Positions 26,401-37,771 are shown, counted from the first letter of the stretch. The stretch: DNA of 60,000 nt from Felis catus (GCF_018350175.1 NC_058383.1:6388001-6448000); one strand, 5' to 3'. The notes: generated by a model not told the origin, from the sequence alone. Numbers and translations are program-made.

Positions 26401-29400
26401 TCGGGGGCAAAGAAGGAAAAAGGCCAATGGCTACATGTCCTTGCCATATTTCATCAATATTATTGACCAGTGTGAAGCAAAGAATTTGAGCTTCATGCAG
26501 ACTTTGTTCTTAGTAGTGATGCACACTAGGGAGACTGAGAACAAGTTTAGGTTTCCTATTCAAATGTTATATGTAGGTTTCCTTGGATTCTTCAAAATGT
26601 CCCTCCCACCTGGACTCAGTTGATGACCCTGTTTTCACTTCTCATCGACAAAACAAAGGTCAAGCAGGAGTTGCTTGGTCTGCCTAGTAACCCTACCAAC
26701 ATGTGGCAACCACATTTCTGATCTTTGTTCAGGGGTCAGTCTTCCTACACCACATCTGGATCCCATTTTTGCCTTTGAAGATTCTGTCCCCACAACCACC
26801 TTTCTGCCCTGGATCACTCCCACACTCTGGGACCCCTCCGTCTCTCTAGCCATGGTTCTGCTTCTATTTTTAGAGTCCAGCCCTCAAGGATGTGTCTATA
26901 TTTGCGTCTACCTTGCAGCTTCTTACTTGTTCTTCCACCCCTCTGGTCTGATTTCTGCCCCTACTTCTTTTTACTTAGTGATGAAATCAGCTTTTTCCAA
27001 GTCACCAAATCCAACAGCTGCTTTTTCAGTCTTAAAGTTACCATCCCTATCAGAGGTATTTAGTACCCCTCTTGAAAAAGCTCTTTTTGGCGCCTATGAC
27101 CCCAAACCTGCATTTCTATCGCCAAATAGGCTGTTTCTTCTCAGTCTTTGCGGTGGGCTCTGCCTGTCTTCGGAGTGTCAGAACTCTTGAGACTTAGTCA
27201 CAGGCTCTCCTCATACTCTAGGTCAGGGGTTGGGGCAAATTCTTTCTATAGAAGGCCAGATAGTAAACACTCTCAGCTTTATGGACCATAGGGTCTTCTC
27301 TGGTGCAACAAGTCATCTTTGCCCTTGTAACATTACAAAAGCAACTGACAATATGGGCATAAATAAATGGGGATGGCCATGCTCCAATAAAACTTTATTT
27401 ATAAAAGTAAGCATCTAGCCCTGCTCTAGTTGATCTTGCCCAGCTGGATGACAGATGTGTGCACAATCATCTAGACCAACATTATCCATCCTGACATTGC
27501 TACGATGGTGTCTCTCACACTCTTCACCTTAATATGTACAATTAAGGCTCTGATTCCTTCTTCCCTCCATCTTCCCATTTCTCTAGGAGGACCGTCATAA
27601 CAAGCGAACCCAAAACCGGAGGGCATCCTTGCTTCTTTCTATCTCCCATGTCCAACATGGCAGCATCCCATCTCCATTTGCTATCATTTTACAAGCAGCC
27701 AGAAGGGTCTTTCTAAAAGATCAGATCACTTCACTTCCTGCCTTGAGATCCTTCAAAGCCTTCCCTCTGTCAGCATGAGGAAGTCTAAGTCCCTTGCCCT
27801 ACTTGTCCTCTTACATTGTTCTCTCCTTGTGAACTCCCTGGTCATGTCAGCTTTTTTCTGGTTCCATTAGGTCAGGTTTTCTCCCACCCTGAGGGCTGGG
27901 TATTCCCTTGGCTTTTAGAAGCTACCTTCTCTTCGTTTTTGTTTGAAGCAAATCTAAAACCCAAATTTATCTCCAGTGGGGTCGGGGTGGGGGAGCTCTA
28001 TTGTTGCCACATCAATCAACTCTGACTCTAAGCTTCAAATCAAGACCCAGTACCCCGGAACAGAACTGGAGACCCATTAATTCTATCTGTGCCCCTTGAA
28101 TGGAGAGCTTAGTCATCTACTTTTGAAGGACTATAATTTTAGAAAACCTCTAATGGAACTCTTCCAATGCCACCCCCCCAAAAGTAAAATCAGCACTAGT
28201 GGCCCCTGGGGGCAAATTTCCATCAACCTCTACCCAAGGTGATATTCAGTCCTAGGTCTTGCTTATAAGTGCTGTCCTAAGGGGCAAGGCAGCACCCATA
28301 TGACCTAACTGACTTGAAAATACTTCCACAATTTCAGAAACGTGTCACCTAGCTAGCTTTTCTACTTTAAAGACACTTACAGGTATGGTTGATGAAACCA
28401 GGGCCAGCAGATGTGGAATGGCATTGCTCGAGATAACCAGGTCTCTGAATTCTGGGCCATCACCTTCAAATAGATAAGAATGTGACATCTGAACAGGGGA
28501 CAAAGAGAATCCTGGGGGTAAGCGACTACTTTTTTAAAAGCCTGTGCAGGGGCGCCTGGGTGGCGCAGTCGGTTAAGCGTCCGACTTCAGCCAGGTCACG
28601 ATCTCACGGTCTGTGAGTTCGAGCCCCGCGTCAGGCTCTGGGCTGATGGCTCAGAGACTGGAGCCTGTTTCCGATTCTGTGTCTCCCTCTCTCTCTGCCC
28701 CTCCCCCGTTCATGCTCTGTCTCTCTCTGTCCCAAAAATAAATAAATGTTGAAAAAAAAAATTAAAAACAAAAAAAAAAAAGCCTGTGCAAAGGGTGAGA
28801 TGCCAAAATGCATTCCTGGGTTGGGCAAATACTTAGGATACCCATGAACTAGATTCTCTGTCTCCATCATGTTGGTTGGGTAGATAGACCAGATGTGTGC
28901 ACCACACAGCAATGACTGTCATAGGCAGTCTGTGGACACATCAAGGAGCCAGCCAATAGCCCAGGAAGTGTCCTCGAGACTCTAAATGCCGATGGTACTT
29001 CATAGCATGGTTCTCAAGAAGATGAAGGCTATTACAGGCCAAATTGTCTTCCCAGAAGATGTTGACATGGGACAGAGGCTTCCAAAAGCAACTCAAAACC
29101 AAGTCTGGGGGATGGGTAGATGCTAGCCATCTGCTATCTGCTGCTCAAGCGAGAATACCAATTTGAGACCCTAGAAGTCTCAGTTTGTAATTCTTCAACC
29201 ACCAGGACAAGGCATATGTTACTTTATACCACCCGATTTTGCCTGTTCCTTACTGAACCAAACAAAATGAGGGACAAAGTCTCTGTAATAGGTGCTTCAT
29301 TTCTGCAAGCATTTACCACGCAGACTTACTTTATATTCTGCATTTGCTATCCCAATACCCTAAGTCCTTGGAGGTCTCATCACAGTGTTTGCTTCTGCTG

Positions 29401-32400
29401 ATTCAGTCATGGTGGGTTGTTGACTCTCTGAACTTGAAACTGCTAACATTTGGCTGATCTTAATTTGTCAAAATCCAGAGGGGCCCAATTGAGTTCATTT
29501 CCCCCCCAAGAGTATTGTATTTATATCCAGCCAGGAATGCTAGAACTTTCAACACTGTCGCACTAACTCCTCAGTTCGTGCTTTCCTGGCCCATGCAGGG
29601 AATACAGCAGCAAGCCCCAAACTCACAAGGCCATTTTAGGATTGCATTTTCAGGGAAGACTTTTACCCCAAACTGAGGAAATATTATCTTTTGTTACATT
29701 CCCTTGGCAACTTTTACTGGAGGTAGAATTTTTTCAAGGTCCTGCGTTATGAATGGGTGTGTCATAAATGTCACAGTGCATGGGTCAAAGACTGGTCTTC
29801 TGTTCCTGAGGCCATTGAGACCTGAGGCCATAGGACCCCAGTATTGGCAGATGGCCTTAGGCGGCCTTTAGCTTTCAGTACGTACTGCATCATCTAGTTT
29901 CAGCTTTAATTTTCAGCCTCTGAACTTGACTCTGAATTTTGGAAAAGCCTGTCAGGCCTCCCCACTGTTTCTAGATATTTAAACTCAGATGATCAAGTCT
30001 ATGATGCTACCCAAAGAACTCCCATAGCATGCCAGGCCAGGTGCCTGACCCACTGGTTTCCTAGCCCTTTATGAGGAGTGTCTTACCTGCTATATTACCA
30101 AGGGCCCACACTGCCTGTTCACACACAGTCATGTGGGGGGAAGACAGGAGCTCAACCAAAGGTTGGATGGCCCCACTTTCCACAACCGCCTGAGTCTGCT
30201 CTGAAGTCCCAGAAGCGATGTTGGTCAGAGCCCAGGCTGCCTCGAACTGCAAGCAGGGGTGAAGTGATGACTTCAGGAACTCCACCAGCCTGGGAATGAG
30301 CCCGGCTTCAACAATCAGTTTTAGAGGAGGGTTCCTTTCACGGGACAGCATTTTCCTTTGCAATCAGAGGGAAAAAAATAAAAGCAAGTCATGTGAGTCT
30401 GATATTAAGAACCTCCTTTATAAATGCTCTTGGCATTTCTAGCTATCAAACAAGACTAACAGCTGGGCCAGAGCCACTTAATATCCTAAAGTCCAGCCCA
30501 TGGCACTTGGCAGTGATGAAGCAACATTTTTCCCTTCAGGTATTATCTATGAGCAGAGATTCCTATAGAGGCCAATTTAAATTAAGCAATTCATCTCTGA
30601 CAACACTTGCATATCTTAAGATGTTCTCAAGGACAGTGTAGAGGAACAATTTAGTCTTGCTTTTGAACAGACTCACCTTCTCTTATGTTGCATGGGCATT
30701 TTGTCACTGCCACAAAACCAGGAAGGCCCCTGAAACTTATTCCTAGCTTGGAACCTATGAATAGCAGAAGTCTGTTTAGCCATACCTGGCTGCCTGGGTG
30801 GCCTGGAAACATAGGTCTGGATCTGAGGCATTCACACCATTGATTATTTCTTGCAGGTTGAGGCTGACCTGCAAGAAGAGATGCTTTTGGGTCAGAGTCT
30901 CTGCGAAAAGGAACCATGAAGGTCATCTGGTCTAGCCATCTATCTGATTAGAACAAGCTGGCTTGGGCAGTATGCTGGTCTGCATTAGGGGAGAGAAAGA
31001 CATTTGGTGGTCTTATAGGACACACAGATCTGTGGGACCCTTCCCATGCTCTGGGGAAGGGGTAATTCTTATAATCACTTGGATTCCCAGCACCTTTTCA
31101 TTCCATGAAGAACATGCTAGTTATGATCAACAAAAATAGAGTAAGGATCTCCAAAACTTCTCTTCTCCAAAACACCACCACTACCACCACCACCAACAAC
31201 ACAAGTAGAATCAACCTTCCAAACTCTAGAAACTGACCAAAGGCTTGTAGCCCAATTTGTTTTGAGCCAAAAAGAGATTATTCAAGAAAAACAGCTAATC
31301 TTGAAAAGAAGAATTCTAGGAAACAAAAATGCATCAACGTATGAACAGGATTATACATCCTGATCGACTGGGATCCAATCTGGGAAGGCAGGGGTGGTTC
31401 AACATGGGAGCATCAGTGTAGTAGAACATATTAATAGAATATTAATTCTATTAATAGAATTAATGGGGGGAGGAACACAAAATTATCTCGATAAATGCAG
31501 AGTAAGAGCATTTGACAAATTCAACCATCCTTCCATGATAGAATAGCTGGAAATAAAAGGAAACTTCCTTAACCTCATAAGGTTATTTTTTTTTCTATAA
31601 AAAAAAATCCCCCCTCAAGGGAGGGGAGGGTGGGTGATGGGTATTGAGGAGGGCACCTGTTGAAATGAGCACTGGGTGTCGTATGGAAACCAATTTAATA
31701 AATTTCATATTAAAATAAATACATAAATAAATAATAAAAAATAAAAAAAATCCTACCTCTCGCATCACAATTAATGGTAAAAGATGGAAAGCTTTCCCCT
31801 TAAGATCGGGAACAAGACAAGGATGCCTCCTTGCTCTTATTCAACATAGTATTGGAAGTTCTAAACAGATTAATTAGGTAAGAAAAACAAAGCCATCCGG
31901 ATTGGAAAAAGAAGTAAAATTGTCTCTATCTGCAGAAGACAAAAACTTGTATATGGATGATCCTGAAGAATCCCCCCACATACACACAAATTAGAGCTGA
32001 CAACCAAACATAGCTGGGCTGCAGGGTTAACATACAAGAATCACTTGTATCTCTATATAGTAGCAGTGAACACTCCAAAGCTGAAATTAATAATTTTATT
32101 TACAATAACATCAAGAAGAACAAAAGACTTGGGAATAAATTTAGCAAAAGAAGCACATGACTTACATACTGAAACTATTTTTAAAAATTAGAGAGGGCCT
32201 AATATATTAAAAAATACCCCATGATCATGAATTGGAAGACTTAATGTTGTTAAGATGGCAATACTCTTATAAACTGGTCTACAGATTCAGTGTAATCTCC
32301 ATTAAAATCCTAGCTGTCTTTTTTAAAAAAAATTGAATTTATTGTCAAAATGGCTTCCATACAACACCTAGTGCTCATCCCAACAAGTGTCCTCCTCAAT

Positions 32401-35400
32401 GCCCATCACCCATTTCCCTTCTCCCCTACCCCGATCAACCCTTAGTGTGTTCTCTGTATTTAAGAGTCTCATATGCTTTGCCTAAATCCTAGCTGTCTTG
32501 CTAGAACAAATTGTCAAGTTGATTCAAAAATTCATGTGGAAATGCAGGGGATTCCAAATAGCTAAAATATCTTGAAAAAGAAGAACTAAGTTGGAAGACA
32601 CTTCCCTATATCAAAACCACCACAAAGCTACAGTAATCAAGTCTGTGCTACACGGACATAGGGTAAACATGTTGATCAATGGAAGAGAATCCGAAGTCTA
32701 CAAATAAACTCTCACGTGTATGGTCAGCTGATGTTAGACAAGGGATTTAAGACCATTCAACGGGGACAGGATGGTCTTTTTGATACTGGGACAATGAGAT
32801 ATCCACACATGGGATGATGAAATTGGACCCCTAACTCACACCATTTACAAAAGTTTATTCAAAATGGATCAAAGGTCTAAATGTAACAGCTAAAACTATA
32901 AAACTCTTAGAAGGAAACTTGGACATAAATCTCTGTGACCTTGGATCAGGCAATGGATTTTTTTTTTCATGTTTATTATTTTAGACAGAGAACATGAGTG
33001 AAGGAAAGGCAGAGAAAGAGAGAGGGAGATGAAGGATCCGAAACAGGCTCTGTGCTGACAACAGAGAGCCTAATGCAGGGCTTGAACTCATGAACCGTGA
33101 GATCATGACCTGAGCTGAAGTTGCTTAACCAACTGAGCCACCTAGGCACCCAAGGCAATGGATTCTTAAATATGATACCTAAAGCACAAGCAACCAAATA
33201 AAAAAGTAGATAAATTGAACACTTTCAAAATTTAAGACTTTTGTTCAAGGATTCTACTAAAAAAGTAAAAATGACAATCTACAGAGTAAGAGGAAATATT
33301 TGCACATCATGTATCTGGTAAGGGTCTAGTATCCAGAATAGACAGTGTAAAGAACTCTTACAACTCCACAAGAGAAAGACAAATTACTCAATCTTAAAAT
33401 TGAGCAAAGGGTTTGAATACACATTTCTCCAAAAGATACACAAATAGCCAATAAGCACATCAAAAAAATGATCATTGGTCGTTAGGAAAACATACCAAAA
33501 TTCCAACAATATAGCCCTTTGTACTCACTAGATGGCTATAATCCCAGAATGGACAAGTGTTGGTAAGAGAGCCAGCATGTACAATGATACAGCTACTTAG
33601 GAAAACAGTTTGGCAACATATTTGTTTCCTATTGTTTCTGTAAAAATTACCACAAATTTAGTGGCTTAAAACACCACATCATCTTCTAGTTCTGGACATC
33701 AGAAGTTCACAATCAGCTTCACTGGACTAAAGGCAGGGCTGGCTTCTCCTGGCGGCTCTGAGGAAAGAATCTGCTTCCTTGCCTTGTTCAGATTCTAGAG
33801 GGGCCACGTGCATTCCTTGGCTTGTGACTCCCTCCCTCCATCTTCAAAGCACAATATGCTAATCTCCCCTTCTGTGGTCCTATCACCTGCTCTGACTTGT
33901 CCTTCATCCTTACTGTAAGGGCCGATGTGATTACACTGGGTCCATCCAGATAATCCAGGATAATCTCCCCATCTCAAGACCCTTAACTTAATCACATCTA
34001 CAAAGCCCCCTTTGCCATACAAGGCAACATTTATAGGTCCTGGGGATTAGGAGATGGAGGTATTTGGAGGGGGAGCCACTGTTCAGTTTACCTCCAGCCT
34101 CAAAGAGTTAAACAGGATGACAATATGATCCCACAATTCTCCTCCTAGGCATGCTCCCAAGAGAACTGAAAACACATCCACACAAACATTTGTGCACAAA
34201 GCACCATTATTCATTATAGCCAAAAAGTGGAAACGCAAATGTCCACCGACTAACGAATGGATAAACAAAACTTGGCATGTCCATACAATGAAATGTTATT
34301 CAGCCATAAAAGCCATGAAGTCCTGGGGCGCCTGGGTGGCTCAGTCAGTTGAACATCTGATACTTGATTTCAGCTCAGGTCATGATCTCACAGTTTGTAC
34401 GTTTGAGCGCCAAATTGGGTTCTGCACTGACAGTGTGCAACCTGCTTGTGATTGATTGATTCATTCATTCATATTCTCTCTCTCTCCCTCCCTCCCCCTC
34501 CCCTACTCACATGTGTACACGCACATGCTCTCTCTCAAAATAAATAAACTTGAAAAAAAAAAGGAATCAAGTATTGACATATGTTACAACACAGACAAGC
34601 CTTGAAAACATTATGCTGAGAGAAAGAAGCCATGTACAGAAAGTCAGAGAATGCTAACAGCCATTCCGTTTAATGGCTGCTAATGTGTCATCAGATCTAT
34701 TTGCCCAGATCGAATTTAGCTCTGCCCTGTAAGACTCCTAATCCTAGCAGGGTGCAATAATGCATGTGGATGGTTAAGATGGGACACAGACAGTGGCAGA
34801 TCATAAAAGGATGTAGAGCCACGACTATCAGAGTCTAAGAAGAGAAACTCCCCAGTCAAGTTATTCCGGAAAGGACCCACGAAAGACAGCATTAGGCTGC
34901 ACATCAACGCAGAATTTGCACTGAGTGAGGTTAGGGTGGATGGGGAACTGGTGATGAAGGACAGCACTTGGGTCCTAGGCAAGACTTTATATGCTGAATG
35001 ACTAGATATAACCCCTCATTTCTTTTTTTTTTTTTTTAATTTTTTTTTTCAACGTTTATTTATTTTTGGGACAGAGAGAGACAGAGCATGAACGGGGGAG
35101 GGGCAGAGAGAGAGGGAGACACAGAATCGGAAACAGGCTCCAGGCTCTGAGCCATCAGCCCAGAGCCCGACGCGGGGCTCGAACTCACGGAGCGCGAGAT
35201 CGTGACCTGGCTGAAGTCGGACGCTTAACCGACTGCGCCACCCAGGCGCCCCTAACCCCTCCTTTCTTATTTCTGGCCGAGAGATGGTAAGTTCATTTCC
35301 ATTAGAAGCTGCACTTCATCTACCCCATCTCGCTCAGAATATAGATCCCAGACTCACAGCCACAAAGGTAATGGCCCTTCGCTTTCCAACACCACCAGCT

Positions 35401-36416
35401 TACCTCTACCCCCCTCCTTAAAGACACTGGATTAGAGTTTGCAAGTTCCGAATGTATTAAACATTTTCAAGCCAGAGAAACCTGCTGAGCCACCGTCCTG
35501 AATGCCATATTCCCAATGTACGTACTCCTTTGGTTAGTTGTTCAGAAGCTGGGTCAGAGGAGACATTGGTGATATTTCTCCTCTTTAAGGCCTGCTCATC
35601 TTTCTTGGCTTTCCGGAGCTCCAGGCTGACTGCCATCCGCTGTTGCCGCCTCATCTAACGAGAAAAAAGAAAGAACCAGAGCCCTTAGAGCAGGGGAGTC
35701 AGGCTGTCACCCCATTTAGCTAAAACATGCTTCAAAGCGTCTGATTTCACTTTTACAGTGACAACAGTAAACAGTCCAGAAGAGTTAATATTACACAGTA
35801 AATAGTCAGCACGGTTTACCTCCTCTGCTTTCTCCTAACACCACATCCAGGAAAGTAGTTAACTTTCTTCCCAAAGTGAAGGAAGCCTGTCTACATTCTC
35901 GGCAGGCCAGGACTCTCAGCTGTAGAACCATCCAAGCTAAGTGTACCATTGTCCCGAGTCTGAGCACATCTCTATCAGTACTGATTGGTCCCGCAAGGGC
36001 AGGCCTGGGCCTCCCAACTGGAGATCCAGGCAGGGCTGGGGACCATGGCCTCTGAAGATATGACCCACATGTCCCTGACCATTTCCACCATTAGGGATCA
36101 GTCTACAGGTCATTGGAGCCTTGATCCAGCCCTGGATGCCAGACTGAGGGAGATTAAAATTAAAAACAAAACAAAATAGACCCTTTTATCTTGGTTCAGA
36201 AGAAACTCCTCGACTCTGTTGAGAATCCTGGGGGAAATGATCTAACCTGGGTTCCCCACATCATCTTCCCCTCCATTTCTGATACATTCCAGCCGTGAGA
36301 TTTTTACTGCACTACTGCTTCATAGGGCGAAGCAGTTGCTTGGTACTCACAGATGCGTCTTTGCCTCGGTACTTAAATTTTCTCAGCCTCTCTTCTGGAG
36401 CATCCAAAGTCGGCAT
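12768..36416 (-). CDS. KPNA7: KPNA7 (importin subunit alpha-8), complete spliced CDS, 10 coding exons, ~523 aa: join(complement 36351-36416, 35526-35654, 30786-30868, 30087-30355, 28381-28463, 26111-26374, 24464-24697, 22290-22472, 15818-15964, 12768-12881)
   Basis: Manually assembled exons translate without stops into an importin-alpha: IBB domain ([49 protein letters not shown]) followed by ARM repeats with WxxxN motifs ([50 protein letters not shown]). The N-terminus MPTLDAPEE matches KPNA7 as I recall it. All introns are GT-AG with matching phases. Confidence 0.96.
13770..15040 (+). mobile_element. L1 (L1M-type) 3' end interrupted by nested Can-SINEs (about 14480-14950, inner copy about 14585-14796)
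   Basis: [25 protein letters not shown] ORF2 remnants, 3' UTR and A-rich end. Confidence 0.85.
15238..15465 (+). mobile_element. Can-SINE
   Basis: Head, CT tract and A tail. Confidence 0.9.
15818..15964 (-). CDS. KPNA7: KPNA7 coding exon 9 ([32 protein letters not shown]...IIENHFCE)
   Basis: Within ORF 15773-16051; importin-alpha C-terminal motif IEExGGxDKIExLQxHEN; acceptor cccacag, donor GAG|gtaagt; 147 nt. Confidence 0.95.
16248..16667. mobile_element. Tail-to-tail Can-SINE pair (+ 16248-16452; - 16478-16667)
   Basis: Forward head at 16248, reverse head ending at 16667. Confidence 0.88.
17978..18411 (+). mobile_element. MaLR LTR (MLT1F-like), 5' part; remainder at about 21424-21478
   Basis: MLT1 motifs similar to the 8.3 kb copy; split by the Tigger insertion. 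Confidence 0.7.
18414..21421 (-). mobile_element. Near full-length TcMar-Tigger DNA transposon with a decayed CENP-B/pogo-type transposase
   Basis: Imperfect TIRs (AAGTAAAAGCTTGGTTTG / CAATCCAAGGTTTTATTG), TA flanks, and minus-strand ORF fragments: [12 protein letters not shown] (HTH), [14 protein letters not shown]...HGEAASSD (CENP-B HTH), [17 protein letters not shown]...AWRKLWP (DDE_1). Confidence 0.9.
19738..20254 (+). mobile_element. Two tandem Can-SINEs (19738-20013 and 20030-20254) inside the Tigger transposase
   Basis: Two heads; target sequence TAAAATCCC(CA/TG)CTTG present three times; (CA)n(CT)n tract in the first copy. Confidence 0.92.
21730..22080 (+). mobile_element. L2 3' fragment
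   Basis: Degenerate L2 3' end (taagctctaccagagcaaggactttgttc...ggcatatgg). Confidence 0.6.
22290..22472 (-). CDS. KPNA7: KPNA7 coding exon 8 ([20 protein letters not shown]...ISLILK)
   Basis: Within ORF 22233-22484; acceptor tttattcag, donor AAG|gtgagc; 183 nt. Confidence 0.95.
23117..23305. repeat. Compound microsatellite (GAAAG-type)n(GGAA)n(GAAA)n
   Basis: About 190 bp of pure purine tract, read directly. Confidence 0.97.
23400..23627 (-). mobile_element. Can-SINE with a long (GA)n tract
   Basis: Reverse SINE. Confidence 0.9.
24464..24697 (-). CDS. KPNA7: KPNA7 coding exon 7 ([15 protein letters not shown]...PLVALLKN)
   Basis: Within ORF 24347-24745; acceptor ttcttccag, donor AAT|gtaagt; 234 nt. 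Confidence 0.95.
26111..26374 (-). CDS. KPNA7: KPNA7 coding exon 6 ([18 protein letters not shown]...TSSELNIL)
   Basis: Within ORF 26036-26410; acceptor ttgttacag, donor TTG|gtaaat; 264 nt. Confidence 0.95.
27224..27423 (+). mobile_element. MER58-like hAT-Charlie MITE within an L2 remnant
   Basis: CAGGGGTTGG...GGCCAGATAGTAAA...CCAATAAAACTTTATTTA; near-identical 8-bp flanks CTCTAGGT/CTCTAGTT. Confidence 0.8.
28381..28463 (-). CDS. KPNA7: KPNA7 coding exon 5 ([28 protein letters not shown])
   Basis: Acceptor tatttgaag, donor CCT|gtaagt; 83 nt, phases fit both neighbours. Confidence 0.94.
28549..28777 (+). mobile_element. Young SINEC_Fc in a KPNA7 intron (antisense to the gene)
   Basis: Near-consensus copy; perfect TSD AAAAGCCTGTGCA. 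Confidence 0.96.
30087..30355 (-). CDS. KPNA7: KPNA7 coding exon 4 ([13 protein letters not shown]...[10 protein letters not shown])
   Basis: ARM repeats in ORF 30061-30363; acceptor gattgcaaag, donor CAG|gtaaga; 269 nt. Confidence 0.95.
30786..30868 (-). CDS. KPNA7: KPNA7 coding exon 3 ([28 protein letters not shown])
   Basis: Acceptor cttcttgcag, donor CAG|gtatgg; 83 nt; this reading frame is not in the ORF track and was found manually. Confidence 0.93.
31130..34650 (+). mobile_element. Fragmented old L1 (ORF2/3' region) with younger insertions: L1 3' ends (about 31615-31750 +; 32325-32482 -), SINEs (about 32957-33151 -; 34325-34562 +) and an MLT1 LTR (about 33617-34095)
   Basis: L1 ORF2 motifs (agatcgggaacaagacaaggatgcc; attggaagacttaatgttgttaagatggcaatactc); TSDs AAATCCTAGCTGTCTT and AGGCAATGGATT. 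Confidence 0.8.
35025..35252 (-). mobile_element. Young SINEC_Fc
   Basis: CpG-intact copy; TSD TAACCCCTC(A/C)TTTCTT. Confidence 0.96.
35526..35654 (-). CDS. KPNA7: KPNA7 coding exon 2 (IBB domain, MRRQQR...[20 protein letters not shown])
   Basis: Polypyrimidine acceptor ttctcgttag; donor GGA|gtacgt; 129 nt, phase 0 matches the next exon. Confidence 0.9.
36351..36416 (-). CDS. KPNA7: KPNA7 coding exon 1 ([22 protein letters not shown]); exon including 22 nt of 5'UTR spans 36351-36438
   Basis: Acceptor ctacctacag at 36439-36440, ATG at 36416-36414, donor gtgagt after 36351; 66 nt, phase 0. Confidence 0.94.
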
Positions 36417-36559
36417 ATTGACTGGAACAGTCAACCACCTGTAGGTAGGGCAGTTACCAGGAGATTTTCAGTGCCCAGTGTGTGGGCTCCTATGTGACGG
36501 CCATCCTTTCTCTAAGCCCCTAAGGGGCCCCCAGTGAATCGGAGAGCAGACTCAGGAGG

Positions 36560-36613
36560 CCAGCTTGCACGGGAATCACCATACCAGCTTGCACGGGAAT
36601 CACCATACCAGCT
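36560..36613. repeat. Perfect 24-bp tandem duplication (CCAGCTTGCACGGGAATCACCATA x2.25)
   Basis: Read directly. Confidence 0.95.
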
Positions 36614-36899
36614 CAACAAGCAATAAGCACCATGCAAGCACAAAGGAGACCAGCCCTGGGCTGCAGGAGTAAGGGATGCCTTTTAGATGCATTTTGGCTT
36701 GAACCTGGCCTGTGGTGGCTGGGGTAAGCTATAAGGCAAGCACAGAGCCATCTCACGTGGCTGTGTCCAAGGAGTTCTGTACAGAGCATACGTGCAGGCC
36801 GGTGGTGCCCAAACCAGGCTAGGACAGGAAGAGGATGGCCCTCTTCTCCCACACCCAATCCACCAGCCCTTGGGTCAGGATGGTCTCCAGCATGACCCG

Positions 36900-37390
36900 C
36901 TTGTTCTAACTCTGGTAGATTGCCTCCACCCGGACCAGGCCACCATCACCTTTCAGCCACACTAGAGCAACTGCCTCCCAATGGTTCTCCCTGCTTCTAC
37001 CATTGCTCTATTCCAATCTGTTCAATACACAGAAGCCATGTGATCTCCTAAAGATGAGCATCTGATCACTTAATTCTCCCTGATTTAAAACCCTTTACTG
37101 GCTGCCTGCTGAGTTTAGAAGAAAACTCAGTTCCTGTGATACCCACCCTGCGTGATCTGGCCCCAGCTCACTTCACCTGCAGCAACACTTTGAATTCCTA
37201 TGTAAGCATCTAAGGATCTTCTCAGTCTGTTCTATAATCTCCACAGATTTTACCACCCACCCAATATTTTCTTGTTTGTCTTCCTTTCCCTATTCCCAAT
37301 CACGATGGGGTCACATGTGTCCTAGCTACGATTCCTCAGCCCTTTCACGATGCATGACATATAGTGAGTAGGTACTCAAATCTTTGAGGG
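36900..37390 (+). mobile_element. L2 fragment
   Basis: Degenerate L2 3' motifs. Confidence 0.55.
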
Positions 37391-37586
37391 TGGTGGGTGG
37401 TAGGTCACAAAGAGAGCTGGTCCCCAGTTAGAGGAGGTTATTCAAATCAGGCCACATTTTAACTTTCTACAAGGCAGCTGGGAATGACATTTCTTACAAG
37501 TGTTCAATGAACGTCCATCTGTTCCCAAGAATCCAGGATGAACCAGACAACACTGGAGAGAAAACTGGATAAAGAAGACCAGAGTT

Positions 37587-37732
37587 GGGGTGCCTGGGTG
37601 GTTCAGTCTGTTAAGCGTCAGACTCTTGATTTTGGCTCAGGTCATGATCTCACAGTTCATGAGCTGGCCCTCCGTGCTGACAGTGGGGAGCCTGCTTGGG
37701 ATTCTCTCTCTCTTTCCCTTTCTCTGTCCTTT

Positions 37733-37771
<39 letters not shown>

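Noticed and set aside
26675..27190. 171-aa plus-strand ORF antisense to KPNA7
   Set aside because: It starts at a non-ATG codon, has no recognisable domain and overlaps degenerate L2-like sequence.
12768..36416. Alternative identity as KPNA2 or a processed importin pseudogene
   Set aside because: The intron-exon structure and reading frame are intact, and the N-terminus MPTLDAPEE and linker match KPNA7 rather than KPNA2 (MSTNEN..., as recalled).
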